A stretch of 64,000 nucleotides of DNA, taken from contig NW_025964268.1 in assembly GCF_023055435.1 (NCBI RefSeq), positions 2,418,001 to 2,482,000 of the forward strand, given 5' to 3'. The DNA is from Haliotis rufescens (lineage: Eukaryota). Positions 51,915 through 63,518 of the stretch are shown here, piece by piece. How positions within the stretch are numbered: the stretch's first letter is position 1; each line of letters opens with the position of its first letter. A program made the translations under genes and the position numbers. The notes beneath the pieces were generated by a model. It was not told the DNA's origin. It saw nothing but the letters and a program-made list of their open reading frames with translations, and ran no database searches.

Positions 51915-52998
51915 TACGCTCTTCACGACAACGTCACGTGTGTTTACATACCCAGATACGCCCGTATCTACACACAGCTGGTTGGAAACGCTCTTCACGA
52001 CAACGTCACATGTGTTTACATACCCAGATACACCCGTATCTACACACAGGTGGTTGGAGACGCTCTTCACGACAACGTCACGTGTGTTTACATACCCAGA
52101 TACACCCGTATCTACACACAGCTGGTTGGAGACGCTCTTCACGACAACGTCACATGTGTTTACATACCCAGATACACCCGTATCTACACACAGCTGGTTG
52201 GAGACGCTCTTCACGACAACGTCACATGTGTTTACATACCCAGATACACCCGTATCTACACACAGCTGGTTGGAAACGCTCTTCAAGACAACGTCACATG
52301 TGTTTACATACCCAGATACACCCGTATCTACACACAGCTGGTTGGAGACGCTCTTCAAGACAACGTCACATGTGTTTACATACCCAGATACACCCGTATC
52401 TACACACAGCTGGTTGGAGACGCTCTTCAAGACAACGTCACATGTGTTTACATACCCAGATACACCCGTATCTACACACAGCTGGTTGGAGACGCTCTTC
52501 AAGACAACGTCACATGTGTTAACATACCCAGATACACCCGTATCTACACACAGGTGGTTGGAGACGCTCTTCAAGACAACGTCACATGTGTTTACATACC
52601 CAGATACACCCGTATCTACACACAGGTGGTTGGAGACGCTCTTCACGACAACGTCACATGTGTTTACATACCCAGATACACCCGTATCTACACACAGGTG
52701 GTTGGAGACGCTCTTCAAGACAACGTCACATGTGTTTACATACCCAGATACACCAGTATCTACACACAGGTGGTTGGAGACGCTCTTCACGACAACGTCA
52801 CATGTGTTTACATACCCAGATACACCCGTATCTACACACAGGTGGTTGGAGACGCTCTTCAAGACAACGTCACATGTGTTTACATACCCAGATACACCCG
52901 TATCTACACACAGGTGGTTGGAGACGCTCTTCAAGACAACGTCACATGTGTTTACATACCCAGATACACCCGTATCTACACACAGCTGGTTGGAGACG
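51915..52998. repeat. 72-bp minisatellite, ~15 copies (AP24 intron 3)
   Basis: 24-aa periodicity in the ORF track; unit acgctcttcacgacaacgtcacatgtgtttacatacccagatacacccgtatctacacacagctggttggag. Confidence 0.97.
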
Positions 52999-53962
52999 AG
53001 TGGCAGCGTGGTAGCTTACTCAGTAATACAAAGGACATATTCCGGCACGCGAGATCCCTCGATTCTACCTGTTGCTAACTACGTGACACGCTATTTTTGC
53101 AAAATGGCCCCTAAGATACAGCAAACAGCTTGGCTCCCATTCACTGTTAGTAATTAGGTGGTAATCGGGGAATGCAGACATGTTGACATGATATTCGAAA
53201 GTGTTGGAGCATGAAAATATATAGGTCACTCGAAGATGAGTTTGACGGTAGCCATTTTAGTGTGCCCGTTGCCTCGTGATCACGTAATGTAATGCGATGT
53301 CCTCAGATCTTTGTATAGCGGTAGCGAGAACTAAGATTTGATTTAAATGAGATACGCTTATACACGCACACTCACAAACGTTACACTCGCATTTGTACTC
53401 TCAGATGCGCAACTAACGTACCTTAAACTGAGCAGATAACATTTGACATCGACCAACCATCGCATGTTCAACACAACATACCCATATCCCCTGCTAAACA
53501 CACAGTGATTTGGATTCATATTATGGCAGGATTCAAGAGGCGTAGTAAGCTCTACGGATCGCGGATCCAAAACTCAATATAAAAGGTGGTATAAACATAG
53601 ATATCATTAAAGCAATAAACATAGTGTCTCTGAACAAATTTCAGTGGTAAATAACACTTTACCTAATAATTCAAGGACTAGTAATTCAAAGATAAGTAAT
53701 TCAAAGAATAGTAATTCCAACCAGCGGTTCTTTCATTACATAGTTTTATTTATTTTAAGTCCTACCAATAATATTTTCAAGAGATCACTCTGGAAAAAAA
53801 GTATTCTGATATTAAAGTAATTACTTTATTTCGACCCATTTATTTTAAAGCAATAGATATATCCGTAGTAGAATGCTTGATCGCTTTCGCATTTTACCGA
53901 CGTAGAGTCGGTAGTTACGACCTCGCACTTGCTTTCGAAACGTCCCCACAACGATAACCTAC

Positions 53963-54093
53963 CCTGGGTTTGTGATGTCCTTAGTGTTACATTCCTCGAC
54001 GACGAACGTGCCAGAGCATCCCTTCTCCACCCACCAGTGAGTTGCGTTGAAGTCGTAGTGCCTCCAGTGTTTAATACCATCCTCCTCCTCAAG
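53963..54093 (-). CDS. AP24: AP24 exon 3
   Basis: gtttcag| LEEEDGIKHWRHYDFNATHWWVEKGCSGTFVVEECNTKDITNP-GG |gtaggt. Confidence 0.9.
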
Positions 54094-55536
54094 CTGAAAC
54101 AAGGAACATTATTGTATTTATATACAGCGAAACCCTTTTGGTCCGGAACATTCGGATTCCGGACAGTTACTGCTGGAACTTCATTGTAAGTACGATGCTG
54201 TCTGGTGGTAGATATTGTTGTAAGCTTATTTGTAGTGATTGTCATTGGCATCAAATTAAAATGATGGAAGATCGGCAGCGAGTGAATGAATTTAGAGTTA
54301 CGTCCCTTGGTTGTTGATAAACAAGGGAAGGTTGATCGTTCGAGAAGTTTCGTGATGTGACACTTTCTGGAAGGCTGGCGGTTCCTTTAATATGAGTGAC
54401 AAGAAGGCAGTTCGAGCCTTTAAGTCGACGTCACTTGTGTCTTATGTACCTGCCAAGTGCGGAAGGGATCTCTATTTGAAAACACCGACTTCCCGCCAGC
54501 TCCCAGCACTATTTCCGTGTTCAAGAACTGAGACATTCGACAGAACCTTCGCGAGTTCACCTACATTAATTCCTTGGCGTGTTACGCTGTTGCTACGTAT
54601 TTGACCCTTTTTACTGATCTCACAAAGTAGTCCTGCCGTATTGATCATGGGTTAACCTTCGTGTTTCAGTTTGGAAGTCACATCGTAACAACAAAGGGAC
54701 ATTACTCATCATGTCCGAAAATATGATTATCCGGAAGACTTCCTTGGTATCGGTAACATCCATATTAACGGGGGTCCACTCTTGCCTTATTTTGATAAAG
54801 GACATGAAGAAAAATGTATGAAATGAAAACCGTACTCAAAGACTGGGGTCACCAATTGGCTTGATGTAACGTCACCAGATAGTGACGTCAGGGAATATAC
54901 TTCCAGACACATATACCGAACGATGAACTTGACGTCAACACATCTGTGGGCCCTATAGAAACTGACACTATCTAAGCAGAACGCAACCATTGCTGCCAGT
55001 CGTTAAAAGAGAGGAAATACGTCATTTCGAAATGCATTTGAGCAAGCTATTAACTCTTTTATTAACTCGTGTTTTACATTTGTTGGTAAACAAACAAAAA
55101 GCAAGGCTTTCTACAGCTGTTTCTTCACGCAAACTGTGGTCATTTGAATTTTAAACTTGATTTGAAGCACTTTCGCATTGCTTGGTCCACAGTTATTTTG
55201 AAACAACTGCAACCTTGCTGGGTCCTATGCTTTGGGGTATACACCGAAGCCTATTCTTTCGGCAACAATGCCTATTTGTGGTCAGTTCTTACAGTGTGTG
55301 AGTGGGTTAGGTTTCAATCCGCTATGAACAGTATTTCAGTTATATCACGGCCTGCCAGCTGAAGTGATGGAGGGCTTATACGTTTACCACTTGGGGAAAC
55401 CCACGAATAAGGGTATCGTGATGACAACCCCATTCTTACAATATGACTAACGAAAATGATTTGAATTGTTCTCTTAGTCTAACCATCTACCCCTTAATAA
55501 TAAGTCAACGTCCATGAAATAAACATATTTACTCAC

Positions 55537-55682
55537 GCTAAAGTCGCACCAGTAGACAGTGTTGGGGTCTCTCCAGATGTTGTGGACGGAGATAATCTCA
55601 AAGTTAATGTTTTTTCTCAGAAACATCTTAGGTTTGTTGTTTGGCCTTGTGGTGACATTCTGGTTGTACTGGTTACATAGTC
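55537..55682 (-). CDS. AP24: AP24 exon 2
   Basis: ttccacag| (G)LCNQYNQNVTTRPNNKPKMFLRKNINFEIISVHNIWRDPNTVYWCDFS |gtgagt. Confidence 0.92.
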
Positions 55683-56011
55683 CTGTGGAAAACAGCAACG
55701 TATACACATGGTCGAGTGGAGACTGCAATATGACTCAGTCTGTATTCTGTGAATATAGTTCTGTGGAAAACAGCACAGTATACAATTGGTCGAGTGGAGA
55801 CTGTTATATGACAGTATTCTTCGAATATAGTCCTTCGGAAAACAGTATTTTATACAAATGGTCGAGCGAAGACTGTAATATGACTGTATTCTGTGAATAT
55901 AGTCCTGTGGAAAACAGTATTTTATACAAATGGTCGAGTGGAAACTGTAATCTGCCTGCTCTCTGTGCATAGTTCTGTTGAAAACAGTAATTATTTTATA
56001 CAATGGTCGAG
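55678..56011. repeat. Degenerate 70-78-bp tandem repeat (~4.5 units) overlapping the AP24 exon 2 acceptor
   Basis: tagt(c/t)ctgtggaaaacag-like motif recurs with its ct at 55683, 55761, 55833, 55905 and 55975. Confidence 0.9.
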
Positions 56012-56261
56012 GGCACAGATATTGAAGTCGAATCCGAATTAATAATATACATATGTGCTATTAACCTAACAATAAAACATCAACAACATTGGATGACTGC
56101 TGGTAGCTTGTCAGAGAGACCCGACGCCGTTTATATTTGCTCACAATATCAATCACTGTCTGACCCTGGTTCGATTATTTACAAGCCGCCGTCATATAGC
56201 TGGAATATGGATGAGTGCGGCGTAAAACAACAATCAGGAAACGCTGTAGTAAATATGTGCT

Positions 56262-56509
56262 TGTTTGTTTGTTGTTTAACGCCACACTCAGCAATATTCA
56301 AGCAATATGACGGCGGTCTGTAAAGTCTGGACCAGACAATCCAGTAATTGACATCATGAGCATCGATCCAAGCGATTTGGAAAGGATGACATGCATCAAC
56401 TAAGTCAGCGAGCCTGACCACCCATTAGTCGCCTCTTACGACAAGCATAGTCTCCTTTCACGGCAAGCATGGGTAGCTAAAGACCTATTCTACCCCGGAT
56501 CTTCACGGG
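56262..56509 (-). mobile_element. SINE-like family B full copy in AP24 intron 1 (plus an opposite-strand tail fragment at 56165-56232)
   Basis: Homology to other copies; agtaaata on both flanks. Confidence 0.85.
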
Positions 56510-56612
56510 TCTACAGTAAATAACATTGCCAGAACCAAGATGCCCCGACGTCGAGCGGCGTTAAACAAACAAACATATTGGTTCTGTCATTGACGATGAC
56601 GTGTACTCTTAC

Positions 56613-56712
56613 CTGAGCTGGCATCTTCGTCATCATCAGCCGCGGCGACGGTGACGAGGAGAACAGCGGCTGTGACAGCCAGAGTAAGGTAGAACATCTT
56701 CATCCACGTCAT
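56613..56712 (-). CDS. AP24: AP24 exon 1 (signal peptide plus acidic N-terminus)
   Basis: MTWMKMFYLTLAVTAAVLLVTVAAADDDEDASS-G|gtaag. The spliced ADDDEDASSGLCNQYNQNVTTRPNNKPKMF is the mature N-terminus I recognise for Haliotis AP24. Four exons total 516 nt (171 aa). Confidence 0.92.
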
Positions 56713-56799
56713 CGTTGTCGGTGGCTAGTTTGGAAATGAGGTTAAGTAAGACTCGGCGTTAAGAGACTACACATAACAGTATATTTCGGTTCTAAAATG

Positions 56800-56815
56800 G
56801 CTCTCTATATATGTG
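56800..56815 (-). promoter_or_regulatory. Putative AP24 TATA box (TATATAGA)
   Basis: ~95 bp upstream of the ATG at 56712. A candidate AATAAA for the gene is at 50337-50342 (minus strand). Confidence 0.5.
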
Positions 56816-57496
56816 TTACACAATGTCTTACAAACCAAATGCCCTTGGCTGCGGCGCTAAACAGTAGTAGCTTGCACACTCACAAATATCTTTAACTCGA
56901 CACTTGGTCGCCTGAACCTTTTCTACGTCACAAACTGCCCATCCTCGTTGATCATGTGTATGATATCTCCTTTCTTTTATGATTATCATCCTTGACCCAT
57001 TCGCTGCCATAGCTTTGGTTTGGGAGTGTGGTTCCTTCTCCCCGTCTCTAACTGAGCAAAACAGTTCGCTAGCTTTTGAGAGTAATATTATTGTTCGGTT
57101 AATTTAAGCACCTTTCTATTCGAATCGGGCTGCGGTAGTGAAAGGGTACGTGGTGTCTATCACAATAGAATGAAGATATATAACACTGTCATTTGAGACT
57201 ATATCAGAGTATATATACATATCGGTAACAGAACTCAGTTTCTATAATAACCCCATTTTTCAATGTTCAATGTTCAGTAAAAATCGTAGCGTAACATCTT
57301 AACATCTTGCAGTGATCAATTTGGAATAAATCTGAAGGTTATATCCGAGATTTGACTACCCATATAAACAATACCGTTGATAACAGCTGTGCGGGCGGGA
57401 CCTGAGGTCGTCATAAGCGATAATTTCGGTATTTCGTTGCTTATGCATACCTATCACTATTCGAGTATTTCGTAGCAAGAATGAGTCACAATCTAT

Positions 57497-57640
57497 AGTA
57501 AGTGAGCGAGTATTGTTTTACTCCGCTTGTAGCAGGATCCCAGAAATATCACGGCTGGAGTCACCAGAAATGGGCTGTTGGGAATAGAACCCGGGTCTTC
57601 GGTATGACGAGTAGGCGAGTAGGCTTCTCCCCTCCCCACA
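57497..57640 (-). mobile_element. Degenerate SINE family A copy upstream of AP24
   Basis: atatcacggc...caccagaaatgggct...gaatagaacccgggtcttcggtatgacgag. Confidence 0.65.
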
Positions 57641-59207
57641 ACAAACCTCCTACCTCCATTTGTCTTAAAACACTTCATCTGTGGCTGAATAATTTCAAAA
57701 CAAATTCGTGAGGCATACATAAATCCTCTGGAACACTATCAATGACGACTTTCGGGCACTTATAAATAAGTCTCTTCTTTAATTTGCCATTTCTCATTAA
57801 TCTGCGCATAATGTTTCATCGAAAGTATCTGCTTGAAAACGTAATGCTAAAGTCCACATGCATGTCAGTGACACAGGTATTCCCACGTGTGTACACGCGT
57901 TACATGCCTTGGGCTAAACGCTATGACAGTTTTATCACCTCGAGCAACAACGACTGCATGACTTTAAATAACGGTTTGGGGCGAACATTTAAACATTTTT
58001 TTCTATATATTCACATTTTGCCGCAAACAGTAAACATAAAATATCAAAAAGATAATTTGATATAAAAATGATAAAAAGTTTTAACAACACTACACATGCA
58101 CAAAATTTGTTACGAACGCGTTGGTCGCGGTGGCGAAGAGTGACTTACGAAGACACAAATTCATAATAATGCAGTTATTAAAAAATGGCAGGGCTGTCAA
58201 TTATACATTTCCCGTGACGCGTATAAATTCCACACATACACACTATAAAACGCCTGAAAAAAATCGGATAAACTGCTTAAAAATATACACTTAATTATAG
58301 TTTTAATATACCTGCGTATATCGATAATTGGTTTTCAATATTTAGTTACAGTTAAGTTGTCATAATGAAATGATATAACATGTATAATAAGTTGGCATAC
58401 AATTGAGACTACTTGAACCTCTATGGAAAAATAAGGCACATAAGGACCTTTTTACTTGATTAAACAATCAAAATTATCTAAAATGTATCAAAATTAGATA
58501 CATTTAAACAGCTGTTAATAAGCTGGGGATAAAAATTACACGCCTGTATTAATAGTATATGTTGATAATTAATTTCAAAGATAAAATGTACTGAAACTAA
58601 AGCTTACCTCCTCGTGTTTGTTTCGAAATATCCGGAAAACGGAGAAATGGAACGAGGGAGAGAGACCAGAGATAGTTATACGCATGCGCTGTATGGGAAC
58701 CCATCAATCACTGTTACTTCCTGCCTCACCTGGGACAGGCCTGAAAAGCCTTAAGGCATTGTGGGTAATTAAATCTCAACTAGATATTCATCAATGCGTT
58801 TAAATCAATAACACCTGAACTGTATTCATTATTCAATGACTTTATATTCTGTACAATCTAAAAATAAATGTAGAAATATTATAAAATAATTTCCCTGCAG
58901 TCCATGATGGCATTACTCTATATCTATCAATTTGAACTCATCGGGAAAATTTTCGTTATAGCCTTGAGGGACTATATGGACTATAAGGTAGGGATGTAGA
59001 TTTAGGATGTAACGAATCGCTACTAATTATACCTATGATGTAACTACTAGGATAGTCGCTGCCTCGTTATAGGGAGTGTCAACTTATATTTACATGGGGT
59101 TATTACCGAGACCCACGACATAAGATGTGTTAATAGTTTGAGGTGATAAGCTACACATTTACTTAAAAGCTCGTTTCAGTTTAGGACCAAACCTTTTAAA
59201 TAGTGCA

Positions 59208-59372
59208 GGACCGCATCCGTAGTCTAGTGGATAGAGTCTCTGCCCGGAGAATGGAAGTTTGGTGGTTCGATATCCTGGTCGCGTCATGCCAATCAAGTTT
59301 AAAGATGGTACTTGTTGTTTCCCTGTCGGTGGCACGGCAATAAGGTGATAAAACAAGGACTGTTCGACACGG
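59208..59372 (+). mobile_element. tRNA-headed SINE with Meta/MESC-like central domain
   Basis: A-box-like tagtctagtgg, B-box-like ggttcgatatcc, then tcatgccaatcaagtttaaagatggtacttgttgtttccctg, resembling the Meta domain as I recall it. Confidence 0.55.
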
Positions 59373-59672
59373 TGAGTGAGTGAGTGAGTTAAGATTTAAC
59401 GTCACATCGGCAGTATTTCAGCCATATCGTGATTGTTCGACACGGAGTCATAGTGTGCCGGAGTAGGGTATTCAGGGTTTACCGTACGAATAGTATCTCG
59501 GAGGGTTCGCATAAGTTCGGACTAGCACAAACAGCCACACACACATGTATCACACGCACGACGTTGTGTAAGTGCAATAATTTTGAACTCGACGTTAAGC
59601 TATTTTTCACCTCACTTCAACTCTTAATAGTGCCATCTGTGAAACTTAGATATTGTCTCTGCATAATCAGGA

Positions 59673-59717
59673 GAGGTGAGGTGAGGTGAGGTGAGGTGAG
59701 GTGAGGTGAGGTGAGGT
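59673..59717. repeat. (GAGGT)n microsatellite
   Basis: Seen directly. Confidence 0.95.
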
Positions 59718-62289
59718 TGAAAGTCGCAATCAAGATTAGTGCAACACATGTTATATTTGTGTCGTTAACGGGGTTTCCTTGAGGTGAGGACAAAATTAAT
59801 GTATAAACAAAAATGGCAGCTGGGCCTTGTTCACATGGTCATGGTGATAAGTCTATTTTTGAGCATTGGAATTACGATGGTCGCAGAGCTGAGGTCATGT
59901 AGTCTAATGGGACCCAGGATATCTTGCACAGTTGGGCGTCTGTGTAGTCGAGTGGCTCAGGCGTTCATTCGCTGAAGACCCGGGTTCGAATTTGTAGGTA
60001 TATAGGGCATACGCTGAACACAAGAGCCAGCCTACAGAACCAAAACATGATGAACACAATCTCAAACTAGTTCTTACATTGCACCCTTTTACAGCAGTAT
60101 AGGCTAGTGGTGGGTCAGAGCATAGTCGATTTCCAGTGTTACGTAGCCATCTGTGTAGCTCTTCTCACTGACCTAACACAGGATCGCTCTCGCATCATGA
60201 GTGCAATTTGACTGGGCGGTTTATTTTAGCGACACAATCCGGTTTTAGATCAAAGCTATAGTAGCGAATTGATCCCAGCTGTGTATTCTAACAGAATTAG
60301 GATATAAAACACGGGGTACAAGAGGATGGTTCGAGTCCCTGTTACTGAACTTTGGTCAGCATTATACCTTACAAGCCTCACCAATATGGCAAACTGATTT
60401 AAACTGAAACGACATGAAATACTATTCAAGTAATACTGTGTTTGCTTGTTTGGTGTTTAATGCCGGACTCATTTATAAGACGGCGGTCCGTAAATAACCT
60501 ACTCTGGACCAGGCCATGTATTTATTCTACAGGGAACGATGACACGCTATTAAGTCATCGAATCTTACCACCCGATCCGTGAAGTGGCCTTACGTTCAGC
60601 ACAGGTTGCTAACCCGGGTCCTATGCGGGCCACGTTATATATGTAACCTCACGCTCCGGTAAACGCCAGTAGCGGCCTCTTGATGGCGTTCCAAGTAATC
60701 GCCCCTCATCCACCCGCGACGTTCAATGCCCAGGCCATCACAGCTGCTGTCTCGAAACCGATATCTCAGTGCACTGGAGACCATAGCAAGTCTCCATTTT
60801 GTTATTGCGCCGTGCCTTATTTGTTTTCGGTTTGAGAATATTACATGGGGTCATGAGCCATGGGGATTAGTAATCGTTGGAAAGATGTAACCAAACTTTA
60901 GAAAAAGAATTTAAGTTCTTACACTAAAAATGATACTGTTACAACAGGGAGCCACGTCCTGTCCTAGACCGGTTTACCTGCCCTATAACGCTTGCGCTCC
61001 TCGCCTGCAGCCGCTATGAGGGTACCAGTCCAGCTCTATCCGACCTATTTCCCCATACAACATTGAAACGTTGACCATTTTCCGTCTGTCGAGAGGGAGG
61101 GGACAGGCCTACAGCATATCGCCAGATACCATATGGTCTCTGATATCACTCTGCGGGAAACGTTGACCCAGTTTCCGTGTAGCGAGATATTAACTCTTTT
61201 GGACAGAGTGAATAATTGACGTGAGAGGCTACAGCAGTAAACATATTACCACTAGGGAGGTAACTCTCATAGAGAAGTATGGTGCATGGTTAAAAATTAC
61301 AAACGCACTCACAACGTTGTGGGTTTCAATTTTAACAATATCTGCATGTCTCGTCAGGTCTTCTGCATGTTTCAGGAAGGCATTGTTGTGAAACATATTA
61401 CTAGTTTTGTTTTCATAATATGTTTGTGTTCTACTTATATTTTACATAGATATTTAAACTGAAATGTGCAATATTCTCATTCCTGATTCTGAAGGTACCA
61501 CATGGAAATTTGTTTTATCTTCTGGATTACACATGTGTGCTTTATGGCAGTGTAGGTAGGAATGCTACACAATATCTTTGCGCCGTGTTGACCCCCTGGA
61601 TTAAAGTCATATTTATTAAAATGAAACATACACAATGTAACCACAGTGTATATCTCATATTATTATATTTTTAATGTATTACATGTATTTTAATTCCTAT
61701 CGGAAGCAGGGACTGATCCAGGGACACTCACCCCTTTGAACCCGTAAACAACATTGACAAATGCCGAATCACGAACATAACAACATCTACTCTATAATAC
61801 ACATACTAAGGCTCTATCGGAATTCTATACACCCCTTTAGCAAGCTCACTTGACCTACGTTTCAGGGTCAAACCAACAACAACAAAAGATTTATTTAGTT
61901 GCCATTGAGGTAACGACGCTTTTAATGTCCCTTTATGAAAGCCATATTCTATATGAAGGCAAGGGTGTGCCTGGATACTCGTTTGTTTAGAGATAAGCTA
62001 TATTGTTATAAATTATAAACATATGGTATGAAATGATGAGCTGACAAAAACGTATTTAAGTCATAAACTAAGTTGACTGAGTTGGTTTGCGGTTCCAGCA
62101 AGGTTATAATATAATGCAATCTGCACGCTAAACGTAGAGTAGACGTCCGAGTTGTTGGAATCATAGGATTCGAACTTGCATAAAAGTCGTCGTATGAGTG
62201 AAGTTTATGGTTTATGCAGGTTGCACATATTTGCATCCTTAAAAGGATCTAGTCTGGACCACAGAAAGTGATGATCGAAGCACATGTAG

Positions 62290-62540
62290 CACATAGGTGT
62301 TTCTTTAGGCTAGTTACTTTGTTGGAAATGCGCCTCTGTTCACCCAGCAGTGAATGGGTACCCGGTAGGGTGAGGTGGTGGCTGTTAACCTTCCTTGTAG
62401 GCAGCTTGTTTGCATACTCCCCATGGAGCTGAGAGTGAAAATCGAGTGCACACTGATTCATCGGCCCTAGTAATAATGTAACGCTTTGAACATGTTGTAG
62501 GTATACATGTACACACTATTATAAATATGCACATTATTAT
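62290..62540 (+). mobile_element. CORE-like SINE (family D) with L2-type tail
   Basis: ctgttcacccagcagtgaatgggtacccgg...tgtaacgctttgaac...tataaat...attattat. Confidence 0.55.
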
Positions 62541-62711
62541 GTTAATCGATAGTGTCGACAACGCGTTTTGCCTTCAGCTTACAAGGTTAGTTTGTAACTT
62601 GTAGAAGGTTACACACCCTGACTTGTGTTGTTTAGCGTGATGCTTTAGGCTTGGGTAATATCGTGTGATGCTTAGGTAATATCATGTGATGGTTGGGTAA
62701 TATCATGTGAG

Positions 62712-63232
62712 GCATCTTCCCGAGGCAAGGGAGTTAACTGACTATAAAAGTCCAGTTTCTACCCTTGCCGAACTAGGCTGGAAAATCTGGGCTCGATCGT
62801 AGCGCCACCAGTGGCTATTACGAGTTATTTCACTTCTATGTCCCTCCTATTGACCAATCAGATTCCACCTCTCATATCACTTGCATTTGTTTCAAACAAT
62901 ATGGCGGCCACCAGTCAAGACAATCTGATCGATAATCAAAATCTATATTGTAAAAAAGGGTCTTACTTTGGTGTGCATCAAATCACATGAGCACCCTGAT
63001 TTAAAAACATGAAACAATTTGGAAAATATCTGCTGACGCCTTGCGTTTGCTTTGCAAATCCTACAACCTGCACGGCAGTTAACGAACCAGATGTCGATTT
63101 CGTTACGCGATTTGATTGGACTATGCTTAGAGTCGTTAGTCCGACCAAACAATAACTAAAAATTCCAGCCTAGTTCGGCAAGGGCGGAGACTGGACCGTT
63201 AAGTCAGCGTCTCCGTTACTTTGAGAAGATGC
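62712..63232. mobile_element. MITE-like element with ~75-bp imperfect terminal inverted repeats
   Basis: gcatcttc...cccttgccgaactaggctggaa versus ttccagcctagttcggcaaggg...gaagatgc. Confidence 0.75.
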
Positions 63233-63518
63233 GACGAACGTGACGCTTAAACCGCTTTGTGAATCTTAATCACGACTTCAGCAAGAACCCGCCCCTGTTT
63301 ACTGAAAGCTTCCATTGGATTCAATGAATGTAACAACAGGAGTTAAGTGAACCTTTCTTCAGAAGATGATTTTGCACCAGCCGATCTCCCTGTAACCTCG
63401 TCTCATTGGGTTTGGACAAGAGACCAAATAATCAGCGTGTTCTTTATAACATAATGCATACAATGTGTTTGTGATTCGCTGACTGTATTCTTTGTGTGTG
63501 TTGGTTTTCAAAATATGA

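Noticed and set aside
51887-53157. 200-400-aa repetitive ORFs as independent genes
   Set aside because: They lie within AP24 intron 3 and are fully explained by a stop-poor 72-bp unit.
55559-55972. 137-aa + strand ORF with apparent transmembrane segment and Cys repeats
   Set aside because: Antisense to AP24 exon 2 and its acceptor repeat array; no independent support.
61064-61190. Two ~30-bp direct repeats starting gaaacgttgacc (hammerhead-like GAAAC)
   Set aside because: No CUGANGA-type core with stem II upstream of either copy.
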